In this document: in pieces, positions 36,501-45,488 of the stretch
Numbering within the stretch: the first letter of the stretch is position 1
Layout of the letters: each line of letters opens with the position of its first letter
Origin: Candidatus Daviesbacteria bacterium
Lineage (GTDB): Bacteria; Patescibacteriota; Microgenomatia; Daviesbacterales; UBA10151
Reading direction: 5' to 3'
NCBI GenBank assembly: GCA_016176335.1
Contig: JACOXI010000003.1
Coordinates: 6,920-70,919 of the forward strand
Length of the DNA: 64,000 nt
Position numbers and translations under genes: made by a program
The notes under the pieces: model-generated
Database searches by the model: none
The model's input: the letters and a program-made list of their open reading frames with translations, nothing else
Told to the model about the DNA's origin: nothing

Positions 36501-36722
36501 TTTTTCAATGACCTTTGTCACAAAATATGGAGTAACAGGCAGAAAGTAGATTTTATTGGCTAGACTTTTAGAAGTTTGGATGGTGGCAATATTAGGGTTG
36601 ATTAGTACAGCCTCCACACTCTCTTCTTTTAAAGCTTTTAAAGCTTGTGAACCGGAGTAATCAAATTCTCCGGCCTCACCGATTTTTAATGCCCCAGAGC
36701 CCAAAATAAGAATCTTTTTCAT
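33522..36722 (-). CDS. carB: Carbamoyl-phosphate synthase large subunit; carries an in-frame repeat insert
   Basis: It is 1066 aa with duplicated ATP-grasp halves and an MGS-like C-terminus. The insert 'SLQPSAFSPLRQSFSEASNQ' lies at 35308-35370. Confidence 0.95.
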   Translation of the reverse strand: MKKILILGSGALKIGEAGEFDYSGSQALKALKEESVEAVLINPNIATIQTSKSLANKIYFLPVTPYFVTKVIEKEKPDGIFLSFGGQTALNCGLALDKKDIFKKYGVKVLGTPIRSIEVTEDRELFAKALSKIAVKVPKGGFAKTVKEAEEIAENLGFPLLVRSGFSLGGLGSGVVSNKEDLVKMVSITLKHVPQITVEEYLKHWKEIEYEVVRDNNGNKITVCNMENLDPMGVHTGESIVVAPSQTLNNYQYHFLRRLSLQVIEHLGILGECNIQFALNPRNNDYRVIEVNARLSRSSALASKATGYPLAYIAAKIALGYNLPNLKNRITLSTSAFFEPALDYIVVKIPRWDLQKFVGAYEAIGSEMKSVGEVMAIGRSFPEALQKAIRMLEIGQDGLSNGVDSSTLLPTSQRLFSIAKEFSKGEGVEKIYQETGIDPWFLHQIKEMAEFEDSLQPSAFSPLRQSFSEASNQTIAKAKKLGFSDRVIAKAFNTTEEQVRKFRKKHGIIPKVKHIDTLAAEFPAKTNYLYLTYHGEESEANIKSLKSPKLLKDQAIVLGSGPYSIGSSVEFDWCCVTAAQTLRQRGLETIIINCNPETVSTDYDLADKLYFEELTFERVSDIYDIEKGSLVLGFGGQVPNNLALKCYKAGYKIIGTSPISIDRAEDRHKFSKILDKLNIEQPAWMSLKSLGDALEFARKIGYPVLIRPSYVLSGSAMNVAYSSSELKKYLKQAADILSEHPVVISKFVEGAKEIEIDGVGVNGNLLIYAISEHVENAGVHSGDATLVLPPQKLYLETVRQIKEATKKILRELKICGPFNIQFIAKDNEIKVIELNLRASRSFPFVSKVTGYNLVEMATKVMLGEDIQGDFKTIDLDYVAVKAPQFSFNRIKGADPRLRVEMSSTGEVACFGDDLEEGYLKALLATGFKMPKKSVFLGLGGEKNKLDFLESAKLLFGLGFKIYATEHTHQFLKQHRISSIRVYKISEKKHPSVLDLLKAGHIDLAINISVGGSSKGETDGFVIRRHCIDLGIPLITNLQAAELLVSSLSSKKIADLQIKSWDEYVIP

Positions 36723-36725
36723 AAG

Positions 36726-37781
36726 TTACTTAAGACACTTAATAAATTCATCAAATAAATAACCACCGTCAAATGGACCCGGGTTTGCCTCCGGGTGAAA
36801 TTGAACGGCCATAAATGGCTTTGTTTGATGTTTAATTCCCTCATTTGTCCCATCATTGAGATTGATAAACCATTCACTCCAATCCCGACCTAAACTTTTC
36901 ATATCCACTGCAAAACCATGATTTTGAGCGGTTTGTATAGCAATTTTCCTAGTTTGATCTAGTACAGGCTGATTTTGACCCCTGTGACCATATTTTAACT
37001 TATAGGTGTTTCCGCCGGCTGCCAAAGATAAGATCTGGCTACCCAAACAGATACCAAAGATGGGAATGTTCTTTTTGAGGATTTTTCTGACATTTCCAAC
37101 AGTTTCTTTTGCCTGTTTTGGATCCCCGGGCCCATTTGAAATAAAAACTCCATCGAATTCTATTCCGGAGGTGATTGGATTAAAATCCCAGGGAACTTTT
37201 GTCACCTTAACTCCCCTTTTAACCAAGCTTCTGACAATATTTTCCTTAACCCCGCAATCAATCAGCACAATATTCTTTCTGCCGTCTCCATAAACTTCCA
37301 CTTTATCGCAACTGACGTATGGAAGCATGTTCTCTGAATTCGGATCATAGATGCTTAATTCTTTATTCTTGCTGCTTGATTCTAATTCTATTCTCCCCAA
37401 CATCACCCCGTGCTCTCTTAATTTTGCAGTTAAAGCTCTGGTATCAATCCCCTGCAAGGCCGGAATTTTCTCCTGCTTGAGCCACTCCCCCAAAGTTTTT
37501 TTCGACTCAAAATGAGAAGGATTTTCTATATAATTTTGCACAATCAATCCTTTAACCTGAATTTTTTTTGATTCCCAAAATTGCCTTTTTGGTACTCCGT
37601 AATTACCCTGCAGCGGATAAGTTAAACTTAAAATCTGTCCAAAATATGAAGGATCTGTCAAAGATTCCGGGTATCCTACCATACCGGTATTAAAAACCAC
37701 CTCTCCTGAGGTGGTAACCTCTGATCCAAAACTTTGCCCTAAAAAAACTGTCCCATCGGACAGAGCCAGTCTTCCCTGCAT
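36726..37781 (-). CDS. carA: Carbamoyl-phosphate synthase small subunit (glutamine amidotransferase)
   Basis: It has a CPSase small N-domain and a GATase with a Cys-His ('GICLGSQIL', 'HPE'). Confidence 0.9.
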   Translation of the reverse strand: MQGRLALSDGTVFLGQSFGSEVTTSGEVVFNTGMVGYPESLTDPSYFGQILSLTYPLQGNYGVPKRQFWESKKIQVKGLIVQNYIENPSHFESKKTLGEWLKQEKIPALQGIDTRALTAKLREHGVMLGRIELESSSKNKELSIYDPNSENMLPYVSCDKVEVYGDGRKNIVLIDCGVKENIVRSLVKRGVKVTKVPWDFNPITSGIEFDGVFISNGPGDPKQAKETVGNVRKILKKNIPIFGICLGSQILSLAAGGNTYKLKYGHRGQNQPVLDQTRKIAIQTAQNHGFAVDMKSLGRDWSEWFINLNDGTNEGIKHQTKPFMAVQFHPEANPGPFDGGYLFDEFIKCLK

Positions 37782-37800
37782 TGTTGCTCCTTTCTAATTT

Positions 37801-38730
37801 TTAAATCCTGCCAAGTATTAATGTCAACAGTGCCTCCCTAATATAAAGCCCATTTCTGGCTTGTTCAAAATAAATTGCGTTGGGGTGAGCGTCCAAAACA
37901 GAATCAATCTCGTTGACTCTAGGAAGCGGATGCATTAATTTCACTCCTCTATCCAGATATTTTTTAAAAGATGCATCCAAAATAAACTTATCTTTGATTT
38001 TTTTATACTCATTTAAATCCTTGAACCGTTCTTTTTGAATCCTGGTTTGATAAACAAAATCAGCTTTCAAATCTTCAGGAAGAACATCAAACTCTTCATA
38101 TTCAACTCCTCTCTTGTCCAAGACTTGCAAAAATTCATCCGGCATTCGAAGTGTAGGGTGCGAAATAAAAATTTGCTTAACTTTAAAATGAGACAGGGCC
38201 AAGGAAAGGGCATGAACAGTCCTGCCGTATTTTAAATCCCCCATCAGAGCAACGATGATTCCATCAAGTTTTCCTGCCTCTTTCATCATGGTGTAAAGGT
38301 CTAATATGGTTTGAGTGGGATGTTGGTTAGGACCATCCCCAGCATTAATAACTGGAATTTGCGCCAGATCTGCTGCCTCTTTAGCGGAACCTACTTTTGG
38401 GTGTCTTATGATTAGTACATCAGCATATGCATCCATAATTCTGATGGTGTCTGAAAAACTTTCTCCCTTGTGAATTGAAGTTGAATGCGGATCATTAAAG
38501 CCGATTATGCCCATGCCAATTTTTTGGGCTGCGGATTTAAAGGATTGCTCGGTGCGAGTGGACTGTTCAAAAAACAAAGTAGCGGCAATTTTCCCTTGTG
38601 CTATAGTGTAGTTAGATCTGTCTTTTTTGGCAAAAGCAGGGTCAAATTTTTTGGCAGATTTTAGAATATATAACAATTCCTCTTTGGAGAAATCATTTAT
38701 ATCTATTATGTCCCTTCCCTTAAAGTCCAT
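37801..38730 (-). CDS. pyrB: Aspartate carbamoyltransferase catalytic subunit
   Basis: 'STRTEQSF', 'HPTQ' and 'HPLPRVNEI' are ATCase motifs. Confidence 0.8.
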   Translation of the reverse strand: MDFKGRDIIDINDFSKEELLYILKSAKKFDPAFAKKDRSNYTIAQGKIAATLFFEQSTRTEQSFKSAAQKIGMGIIGFNDPHSTSIHKGESFSDTIRIMDAYADVLIIRHPKVGSAKEAADLAQIPVINAGDGPNQHPTQTILDLYTMMKEAGKLDGIIVALMGDLKYGRTVHALSLALSHFKVKQIFISHPTLRMPDEFLQVLDKRGVEYEEFDVLPEDLKADFVYQTRIQKERFKDLNEYKKIKDKFILDASFKKYLDRGVKLMHPLPRVNEIDSVLDAHPNAIYFEQARNGLYIREALLTLILGRI

Positions 38731-38755
38731 ATTGTTCCTCCGATTTAATCGGAGT

Positions 38756-38784
38756 TCAAAAAAAATCCGCCCCCTGGCGGATAA
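38756..38784 (-). terminator. Rho-independent terminator after argF (minus strand)
   Basis: On the minus strand the hairpin 'uccgcc agggg ggcgga' is followed by a U8 run. Confidence 0.55.
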
Positions 38785-38811
38785 ACTAATACTTCAGATT
38801 TAATTCAAAAA

Positions 38812-39804
38812 TCATTCTTTTTTGCATATACTTATCGAATCTCCGCCTAGTTTAACGTTAGAAATCCTTTCTGTCAATCCCTCAAATATCCATATTAAAA
38901 GAGCTTTTTGAACATGAAGTCTGTTTTCTGCTTGTCTAAATACTACTGATTGAGGTCCATCAATCACCTCAGCTGATACTTCATTTCCCCTGTATGCTGG
39001 CAAATCATGCATAAAAATAGCATCCTTTTTAGCTAAAATCATTAAACTTTGATTAACCTGGAAGGGTTGAAAGATTTTTAGCCGTTTGTTTCTATCGGTA
39101 TCCCCCATGCTAAGCCAGGTATCTGTATAAACTACATCAGTACCCTTAACTGCTTCTTTAGGATTATCAGTTTCAAGAATTTGTGCTCCTGAATTTAGGG
39201 CAAGTTGCCTGGCTTTGTTAACAATATCTTTATTCATCCAAAAGCCATCGGGCGCAGCACACTTAAAATTGATGCCTAAAAGTGCACAACCTAAACTCAA
39301 TGAGTGAGAAACATTGTTCTCCCCATCTCCAATATAAGTTAAGGTTAGACTTTTAAGCTTTCTTTTGATTTCCCATATTGTCATAAGATCGGCTAATACC
39401 TGACAAGGATGCTCTATATCGGATAAAGCATTAATTACCGGTACTCTTGAATTTTGGGACAAGCTTTCTAAATCTTGGTGACTAAAAACCCTGGCAACAA
39501 TTAAATCAGCCATGCTTGAGATGACTTTGGAAACGTCTGCAATAGATTCTCTTTTACCTAAACCTACTTCCTTTGGACCAAAGTACACCGCATGTCCGCC
39601 CAACTGACTGATGGCGATATCAAAACTTAATTTAGTCCTCAAACTCGGCTTTTCAAAAAGCATGACCATTTGTTTGTCAATTAATTGAGGTTTATTCTTC
39701 CCCTTAGTTTTTAGCTCAATTTTGAGCTTTTTTGCCCATATTAAAACCTGCCAAATTTCTTTGGCCGAAAGATCGGTTATTGATAAAAAGTCTCTTTTGA
39801 TCAT
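38812..39804 (-). CDS. argF: Ornithine carbamoyltransferase
   Basis: 'SLRTKLSF', 'HPCQ' and 'DTWLSMG' are OTCase motifs. Confidence 0.85.
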   Translation of the reverse strand: MIKRDFLSITDLSAKEIWQVLIWAKKLKIELKTKGKNKPQLIDKQMVMLFEKPSLRTKLSFDIAISQLGGHAVYFGPKEVGLGKRESIADVSKVISSMADLIVARVFSHQDLESLSQNSRVPVINALSDIEHPCQVLADLMTIWEIKRKLKSLTLTYIGDGENNVSHSLSLGCALLGINFKCAAPDGFWMNKDIVNKARQLALNSGAQILETDNPKEAVKGTDVVYTDTWLSMGDTDRNKRLKIFQPFQVNQSLMILAKKDAIFMHDLPAYRGNEVSAEVIDGPQSVVFRQAENRLHVQKALLIWIFEGLTERISNVKLGGDSISICKKE

Positions 39805-41072
39805 ACTTTCTCTGTCTTCTTCCCTACCTGACTTGCCAGCTTCATTTGTAAGGAATAGATTTCAATAAACCCGGCACTTGTATTAGTGTTAAAGTCGTAT
39901 CCTTCCGCGTTGTTAAACGAAGCAAAAGCTAGCGCATACGGTGATTCAATAGCCACCACAGTTGCTTGACCCTTAAATAGTTTTACTGTTACCTCTCCTG
40001 TAACTTTCTCATTAACCTGATCGTTAAAAGCATTTATAGCCTCCATGCTTGGATCAAACCATAAAGCTCCATAACACAAGTAACCCCACTTAATATCCAT
40101 TTGCTCTTTTAACTCATTAAGCTGTCTTGTTGACACATACTTTTCCAAATTTTTATGAGCCTCCACAATCACATGGGCTGCCGGATGTTCATAAACACCC
40201 CTGTTTTTAAGTCCAACTAACCTGTCTTCCAAAATATGGAAAGTACCTACTCCATGTTTGCCAACAATTTGATTTAGCTTCTTAATTAGCTTGGCTAAAC
40301 TTAACTTTTCCCCATTAATGGAAATTGGTAAGCCTTCCTTAAATCCCAATTTAAGCAGTTCAGCCTTATCAGGAGCGTTTTCTGGTAATGTATAGGTAGT
40401 TAAGAACTTCTCCACAGGAACAATTAATGAGGGGTCGGTAATCTCTCCACCTTCCCAGGTAATTCCCCACATATTGTCATCATCAGAATAGGGCACATCT
40501 ACTGAAGCAGGAATTGGTATCCCGTGCATCTCCGCATATTTAATCTCTTCATTTCTATCCATGGCCCATTCCCGAACTGGAGCCAAAATTTTCATTTTTG
40601 GATCATGAGTTAAGATATACCCATCCAACCTGACCTGATCGTTTCCTTTACCTGTACACCCATGAGCTATGGCATCACAACCATACTTTTTAGCTAATTT
40701 CACAGCATTCTTACCCAAAACTGCCCTTCCCATTGGAGTTGAGAGATGATAATCACCTTGATATGAAGCATTAGCTTTAATACCTTTAGCAATATACTCC
40801 TTTGCAAATTCCTCCTCAAGATCTAAAACAATTGCCTCTTTTGCACCAAATTTCAGGGCTTTTTGTTTTATAACTCTCAAATCATCATGTTGTTGACCCA
40901 AATCTGCAGTTAAAGTGACCACCTGACATTTGTACTGATCTTGAATCCACTTCAGCATCACCGATGTATCAAGCCCTCCGGAATAAAGGAGCAATACCTT
41001 TTTAATTTCTCCTATCTTCCCTTCGTAAGATGCTACTTTTATATAATCAGTCGTCTTTTTCATTAGTATCAC
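39801..41072 (-). CDS. argG: Argininosuccinate synthase
   Basis: 'LLYSGGLDTSV' is the PP-loop. The length fits. Confidence 0.9.
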   Translation of the reverse strand: MILMKKTTDYIKVASYEGKIGEIKKVLLLYSGGLDTSVMLKWIQDQYKCQVVTLTADLGQQHDDLRVIKQKALKFGAKEAIVLDLEEEFAKEYIAKGIKANASYQGDYHLSTPMGRAVLGKNAVKLAKKYGCDAIAHGCTGKGNDQVRLDGYILTHDPKMKILAPVREWAMDRNEEIKYAEMHGIPIPASVDVPYSDDDNMWGITWEGGEITDPSLIVPVEKFLTTYTLPENAPDKAELLKLGFKEGLPISINGEKLSLAKLIKKLNQIVGKHGVGTFHILEDRLVGLKNRGVYEHPAAHVIVEAHKNLEKYVSTRQLNELKEQMDIKWGYLCYGALWFDPSMEAINAFNDQVNEKVTGEVTVKLFKGQATVVAIESPYALAFASFNNAEGYDFNTNTSAGFIEIYSLQMKLASQVGKKTEKV

Positions 41073-42288
41073 CTCCTTTCAAATATTTTTTACCCACCTG
41101 TTTGTATGCATCTCTAAAAGTTTCCCCTTTTAGAACCTGTTTCAAAACTTCCTCTGTGGCAAAAAGATCTTCTGTCATAGCAGCTTCTAACTTCTCTTTA
41201 TTAGGAGTTAAATTTTCTAGCAAAATCTTGGTTACCATAAGAGTTTCTAGGGTAATTTCTAAACTTTCTATCAAAGGTTTTTTGCTATCTTGCAAATCCC
41301 TGTTATAACCGGAGATTAAATTGCTCGAAAGGCTAACCATCTGAATATAATTTCCTAAAACAAGATGTACCTTTGATCTTAAAAGTTCTGCTAGATCAAC
41401 GTTTTTCTTTTGCGGCATGATGCTGCTGCCTGTAGTAATTTTACCTGTGGCTTTAAAAAAGCTAAATTCCGAAGTAGTAAAAAGCAGCACATCTGAGGCG
41501 AATTTATTGATTGTTTGCAAAACAGAAATCAAAGCGGCTATTATACTAGCCTCAATTTTTCCTCTGGAGTTTTGGCAATACAACGGGTTTTGTTGGACCC
41601 TGGTAAATCCTAAGAGCTTAGCTGAATACTCCCTATCTAATTTAATTGGCACACCATACCCTGCTCCTGAACCTAAAGGAGATTGGTTATTTAATTTATA
41701 AACGATTTTCAAAAGTGTCAGGTCGTTCTCTAAAGAATCAATAAAACTCCCTGCCCATAATCCAATCGATGAAGGCATGGCTTTTTGCATATGGGTATAA
41801 CCGGCCATTTGTATATAGCCATATTCTTTAGAAAAGCCTTTGAAACTTTTTGTTAAATTGGTAAGCTCGAGTTCAATACTTTCTAGTGCGTTCTTGCTAT
41901 ACAGCCGGATAGCAGTTAATACTTGATCGTTTCTTGACCTACCGGTGTGGATTTTTTTACCTATGTCACCATATTTTTCCGTTATATAGTTTTCAATTTT
42001 GGTATGCATATCTTCGTCTCCTATTTTCAGATCAAACTCACCCTTTTTATAAAGGTTTAATATTTCCTCAAAACCCTTCAGCAACTTCTTTAGTTCCGGC
42101 TCAGATATGATACCAATCAAAAATAATTTATTAAGCGTCTTCACATGAGCTATAGAAGCTAAGATATCATACTCAATTAGTTTTTGATCCATTAAAAGAT
42201 CCCCCTTTGTTTCAAAGGCTTCCACCACTGGGTCTAATTTTTTATTATTTTTCTGCCAAAGTTTTTTCATATTTCCTTTCCGGGCCAT
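41047..42288 (-). CDS. argH: Argininosuccinate lyase
   Basis: It belongs to the fumarate-lyase family. The 'GSSIMPQKKN' signature is present. Confidence 0.9.
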   Translation of the reverse strand: MARKGNMKKLWQKNNKKLDPVVEAFETKGDLLMDQKLIEYDILASIAHVKTLNKLFLIGIISEPELKKLLKGFEEILNLYKKGEFDLKIGDEDMHTKIENYITEKYGDIGKKIHTGRSRNDQVLTAIRLYSKNALESIELELTNLTKSFKGFSKEYGYIQMAGYTHMQKAMPSSIGLWAGSFIDSLENDLTLLKIVYKLNNQSPLGSGAGYGVPIKLDREYSAKLLGFTRVQQNPLYCQNSRGKIEASIIAALISVLQTINKFASDVLLFTTSEFSFFKATGKITTGSSIMPQKKNVDLAELLRSKVHLVLGNYIQMVSLSSNLISGYNRDLQDSKKPLIESLEITLETLMVTKILLENLTPNKEKLEAAMTEDLFATEEVLKQVLKGETFRDAYKQVGKKYLKGGDTNEKDD

Positions 42289-42346
42289 TAAAAAAGCCCT
42301 TGCAAGTTCCCAAAGATTAACTTTAGAAACTTACAAGGGCCTTATT
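42289..42346 (-). terminator. Terminator/attenuator-like hairpin immediately upstream of argH RBS (minus strand)
   Basis: On the minus strand 'aaggcccuuguaaguu' pairs with 'aacuugcaagggcuu' and is followed by 'uuuuuuaa'. It lies between the leader region and the argH SD. Confidence 0.45.
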
Positions 42347-42422
42347 TCAGCTTTCAGACTTCAGCTATCAGCTTTCAGACTTTTGTAATTGTCTGATGAC
42401 TGACGCCTGACGACTGATGACT
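42343..42422 (+). repeat. Palindromic CAGCTATCAG/GACTGA element (copy B) in the argH leader
   Basis: The sequence is 'cagctttcagacttcagctatcagctttcagactt...gtctgatgactgacgcctgacgactgatgact'. Confidence 0.7.
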
Positions 42423-42457
42423 AATCAAGACGGTGCCACCTTGCTTAAATTTTGCTA

Positions 42458-42643
42458 CAAAAAATCCTCCATTTCGGAGGATCACTGTAGAAAATTTATC
42501 TCTTACAGCGCTCCGTTGCCGACACGCTTGTTGAATTTTACAGTTCAACTTCTGTCATACTCTATCCTAAGACTTTGCTTGGGACTGACGTATGCTGCTT
42601 GCCCGCTGCGGCGGACTCAAACGCATTTAAAATATTAAATTGT
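42458..42643 (-). ncRNA. Candidate small RNA / argH leader RNA with consensus sigma70 promoter and intrinsic terminator
   Basis: On the minus strand the promoter is TTGACA(42678-42673)-N17-TATAAT(42655-42650). A GC-rich, structured ~190 nt follows. It ends in the hairpin 'uccuccgaaauggagga' plus U6 (42481-42458). The 73-aa + strand ORF here has no coding support. Confidence 0.4.
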
Positions 42644-42649
42644 AGATAC

Positions 42650-42678
42650 ATTATATCTAAAGAAAACTTATTTGTCAA
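42650..42678 (-). promoter_or_regulatory. Consensus sigma70-type promoter (TTGACA-17-TATAAT) driving the candidate sRNA/arg leader
   Basis: Both hexamers match exactly with 17-bp spacing. I read this directly from the minus strand. Confidence 0.5.
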
Positions 42679-42706
42679 ATCAATTAATGTTTGTTAAAGT
42701 GTAATT

Positions 42707-42967
42707 ATGGCGAAACAAAATCAGACCTCTTTCCGAAAAGAGCTAATCCAGCAACTTATCACCCTCTCCACCTCTGCCTTTGGTTTGGCAGCTGCTTTGG
42801 CCTGGAATGATACTATCCAGCAAACAGTCAAGGAATTTATCGAGCCAAGAATTCCAGGCTCAGGGATTTTCTCCAGATTTATATATGCCGGTATAGTCAC
42901 AATTTTAGGTGTAATTATCACTATCCAGCTGTCCCGTCTGGCCTCCCGTTGGGGACTAAAGAGGTAA
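42707..42967 (+). CDS. Small membrane protein (two predicted TM helices)
   Basis: It is 86 aa with hydrophobic segments 'LITLSTSAFGLAAALAW' and 'FIYAGIVTILGVIITI'. Confidence 0.35.
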   Translation: MAKQNQTSFRKELIQQLITLSTSAFGLAAALAWNDTIQQTVKEFIEPRIPGSGIFSRFIYAGIVTILGVIITIQLSRLASRWGLKR

Positions 42968-44054
42968 TCTTTCCATTCTCTACCCTCAAAATCCTGGAAG
43001 AATCCAAAAAGGTCTTGGGGATGTTTTCCAGCTCCACCGTGGCAATGATGGTCTGTTGTTTTCCCACCACTTCCACTACATGAGCTCTGTGCATAGCATC
43101 CAGTTCGGAAAAAACATCATCCAGCAAAAGTATTGGTCTTTTGCCTAAAATTTTGGCCATGTATTCAAGTTGAGCTAATTTAAACGCTAAAGTGGCTGTT
43201 CTTTGTTCACCACGGGAGCCAAAACGAGCCAAATTCCGATCTTCCAGTAAGATTTCAAAATCATCCCGATGAGGCCCAATCAAAGTGGCAGCTGCAGCCA
43301 CTTCCCGACCATTTGTTTCCATCAACCGCTCAACTGTCACTGCGCTTTGTTTATACTCAAACCTAAACTCACCTAAAGGTTTTTCCAAACCATTAATAAA
43401 ATTAAAAAAAACTTTTCTTTTTTCACTGATCACTGATCCCTTTTTTACCAACTCATCTGTCCAATAACTTAACTCGTCTGCTTTTCCATAGCCTTCTCTA
43501 ATTCTTTTTAGGATCCTGTTTCTGGAAGTTAAAAACTGCTCATATGAAGTCAGTGTCTTTTTATATTCAGGATCAATTTGTGCCAACCCCAAGTCCAAAT
43601 GCCAGCGGCGAAGACTTGGTGCACCTGCTACCATATTTATATCCTGGGGATAAAAAATTACGGCAGGCAAATTGCCGATAAAATCCAAAACTCTTCTTGG
43701 AACCCCGTTTACCAAAGCCTTTTTTCTAAAACTCACTTCATCGGATACCTTGTTGATAATCACTAAAAGCTCTGTTTCTATTTCCCCTTCTTTTAGAAAA
43801 CCCTCTACTCTGGTAAAACTTTCATTATCGTAAATCAGCTCGTCTTCAGTCCCAACCCTTAAAGACTTGGTGGTGGAAAGAAGATAGATTGACTCCAGCA
43901 AGTTTGACTTGCCCGCAGCATTATTCCCCACTAGGATGGTTGGCCGGGCATCGAATCGTAATTCGAGTTGTGCATAATTTCTGAAGTTAGTCAAATTAAT
44001 TTGCTTAAGAAACACGATGATGCCTAGAATAAAGAATAAAGAATCAAGAATCAA
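42921..44054 (-). CDS. recF: DNA replication and repair protein RecF
   Basis: 'LTNFRNYAQLELRFDARPTILVGNNAAGKSNLLESIYLLS' contains the Walker A motif. The SMC-like signature is present. Confidence 0.85.
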   Translation of the reverse strand: MILDSLFFILGIIVFLKQINLTNFRNYAQLELRFDARPTILVGNNAAGKSNLLESIYLLSTTKSLRVGTEDELIYDNESFTRVEGFLKEGEIETELLVIINKVSDEVSFRKKALVNGVPRRVLDFIGNLPAVIFYPQDINMVAGAPSLRRWHLDLGLAQIDPEYKKTLTSYEQFLTSRNRILKRIREGYGKADELSYWTDELVKKGSVISEKRKVFFNFINGLEKPLGEFRFEYKQSAVTVERLMETNGREVAAAATLIGPHRDDFEILLEDRNLARFGSRGEQRTATLAFKLAQLEYMAKILGKRPILLLDDVFSELDAMHRAHVVEVVGKQQTIIATVELENIPKTFLDSSRILRVENGKITSLVPNGRPDGTAG

Positions 44055-44098
44055 GCATGAGTTACTGTCTATTAAGCTTCATTCATAATTCTTACAGC

Positions 44099-45475
44099 TT
44101 AATTCTTGCCCTCCCAGTGTCCCAGTCCCAAAAACTCCCTGACATGTAACGGCAAGGATTTTTTGGAAAAAAACAGGCTGGGCTTCAGACCAAATAACCC
44201 AATCAATAAAATTGCCCCACCCAGTCCGATAAAGATTGGTGTTGTTCCAAAGATATCTGCCAAAACCCCTGAAATAAGTACAGGTATTAAAGATAATCCA
44301 GACATAACCGCCCCTAATACAGAAAAGACCTTACCTCTATCTGTTTCAGAGGTATTTTCCTGTAAGACTGTTTGAGATGGAACTAATATAGAGACCATGG
44401 CCATACCCATCAAAAATGATCCAACCACCAGTATTTTAGATAAAGGCGGCTGATAGAAAAAGGGCAGGGGTCTAGGATGCGGTAGATAGGCAATAGCAGG
44501 TGAAATAATTGGGGCAATTCCCACCAGGAAAAATAATAATCCGGCAAAAATAATTGCTCGGGAAACCAATTTCCTTTTGATCAATTTATTACCAAATCTG
44601 CCTAACATGATTCCCCCTGCAATAATTCCTAATCCCAGCGGAATGATTAAAACATAAGATGCGTCTGTGGCTTTAATTTGTAGAGATTTTTCCAAAAAAG
44701 AGGGCACCAGCACAGCCAAAGTTCCAATTACCATCTGCACTCCTGCCAAAATCATAATTGATGTAAGAACCGACAACTTCCCTCTAATCAACTTGATAGT
44801 CTCAAAAATCTCAAACAGACCAATTTCTTTGATATCAGCATATTTCCTCTTTCTTAATGCCACAATCAATCTCTCTCCCTGCTCATCAGCTTTTGTCACA
44901 ATAGATGGAAAAGCAAGAGCTAATAAAAAGGCGCCAAAAAGTAGCACCCCACCAAGTCCAAAAACAAAGTTTATTCCCAAATGATTAATTAAGGGACCTG
45001 CCAAACCAAAGCCTAAAAGAAAGCAGGAATAAAGGGTGGCAGAAAAAAGAGAGTTGGCAGTGATTAATTGATTTCTTCTGACAACCAAAGGAATTGCTGA
45101 AGCCTCGGCTGGGCCATAAAATTGGCCTAAGGCATTAACAAAAAAGGCAACCATAAGGATTGCCGGAAAACTGCCTTTGAAAAATATTAAGCTGAAAAAA
45201 GACAAACTCAAGAAAAGATCTATCATCATAATGATCTTTTTTCTGTCAATTAAATCTACCAATACTCCTGAAAAAAGTCCTAAGATTACTGCCGGCAGAT
45301 ATATGGCAAAAAGAAGAGCTGAAACTGCTAAGGACGAGTCAGTTAACTTAAAAACCCAAATAATTAAAGCAAAATTGAGGGCGTTATAGGAAAGCTGAAC
45401 TAAAATTTGATTTATCCAAAGGTTTAAAAATCCCCTGTTTTGTAAAACATGGGTGATAGATGTCTTCTCAACCAT
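44099..45475 (-). CDS. MFS transporter
   Basis: It has 12-14 predicted TM helices and an MFS-like loop 'GRFGNKL'. Confidence 0.8.
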   Translation of the reverse strand: MVEKTSITHVLQNRGFLNLWINQILVQLSYNALNFALIIWVFKLTDSSLAVSALLFAIYLPAVILGLFSGVLVDLIDRKKIIMMIDLFLSLSFFSLIFFKGSFPAILMVAFFVNALGQFYGPAEASAIPLVVRRNQLITANSLFSATLYSCFLLGFGLAGPLINHLGINFVFGLGGVLLFGAFLLALAFPSIVTKADEQGERLIVALRKRKYADIKEIGLFEIFETIKLIRGKLSVLTSIMILAGVQMVIGTLAVLVPSFLEKSLQIKATDASYVLIIPLGLGIIAGGIMLGRFGNKLIKRKLVSRAIIFAGLLFFLVGIAPIISPAIAYLPHPRPLPFFYQPPLSKILVVGSFLMGMAMVSILVPSQTVLQENTSETDRGKVFSVLGAVMSGLSLIPVLISGVLADIFGTTPIFIGLGGAILLIGLFGLKPSLFFSKKSLPLHVREFLGLGHWEGKN

Positions 45476-45488
45476 AATATTTCCTGAA

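Noticed and set aside
36064-36549. A 161-aa + strand ORF inside carB
   Set aside because: It is a shadow ORF antisense to the highly conserved carB coding sequence.
42431-42450. The 'AAGGUGGCACCG' motif as a bona fide T-box antiterminator
   Set aside because: The similarity to the AGGGUGGNACCGCG consensus is partial. The motif can also form a trivial local hairpin (caag/cuug). Arginine-biosynthesis T-boxes are uncommon. It is kept only as a speculative note within the leader finding.
42417-42638. A 73-aa + strand ORF in the argH upstream region
   Set aside because: The region carries a consensus promoter and two intrinsic terminators on the opposite strand. It is GC-rich and structured. The ORF has no RBS and a junk-like composition. 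An ncRNA or leader is the better interpretation.
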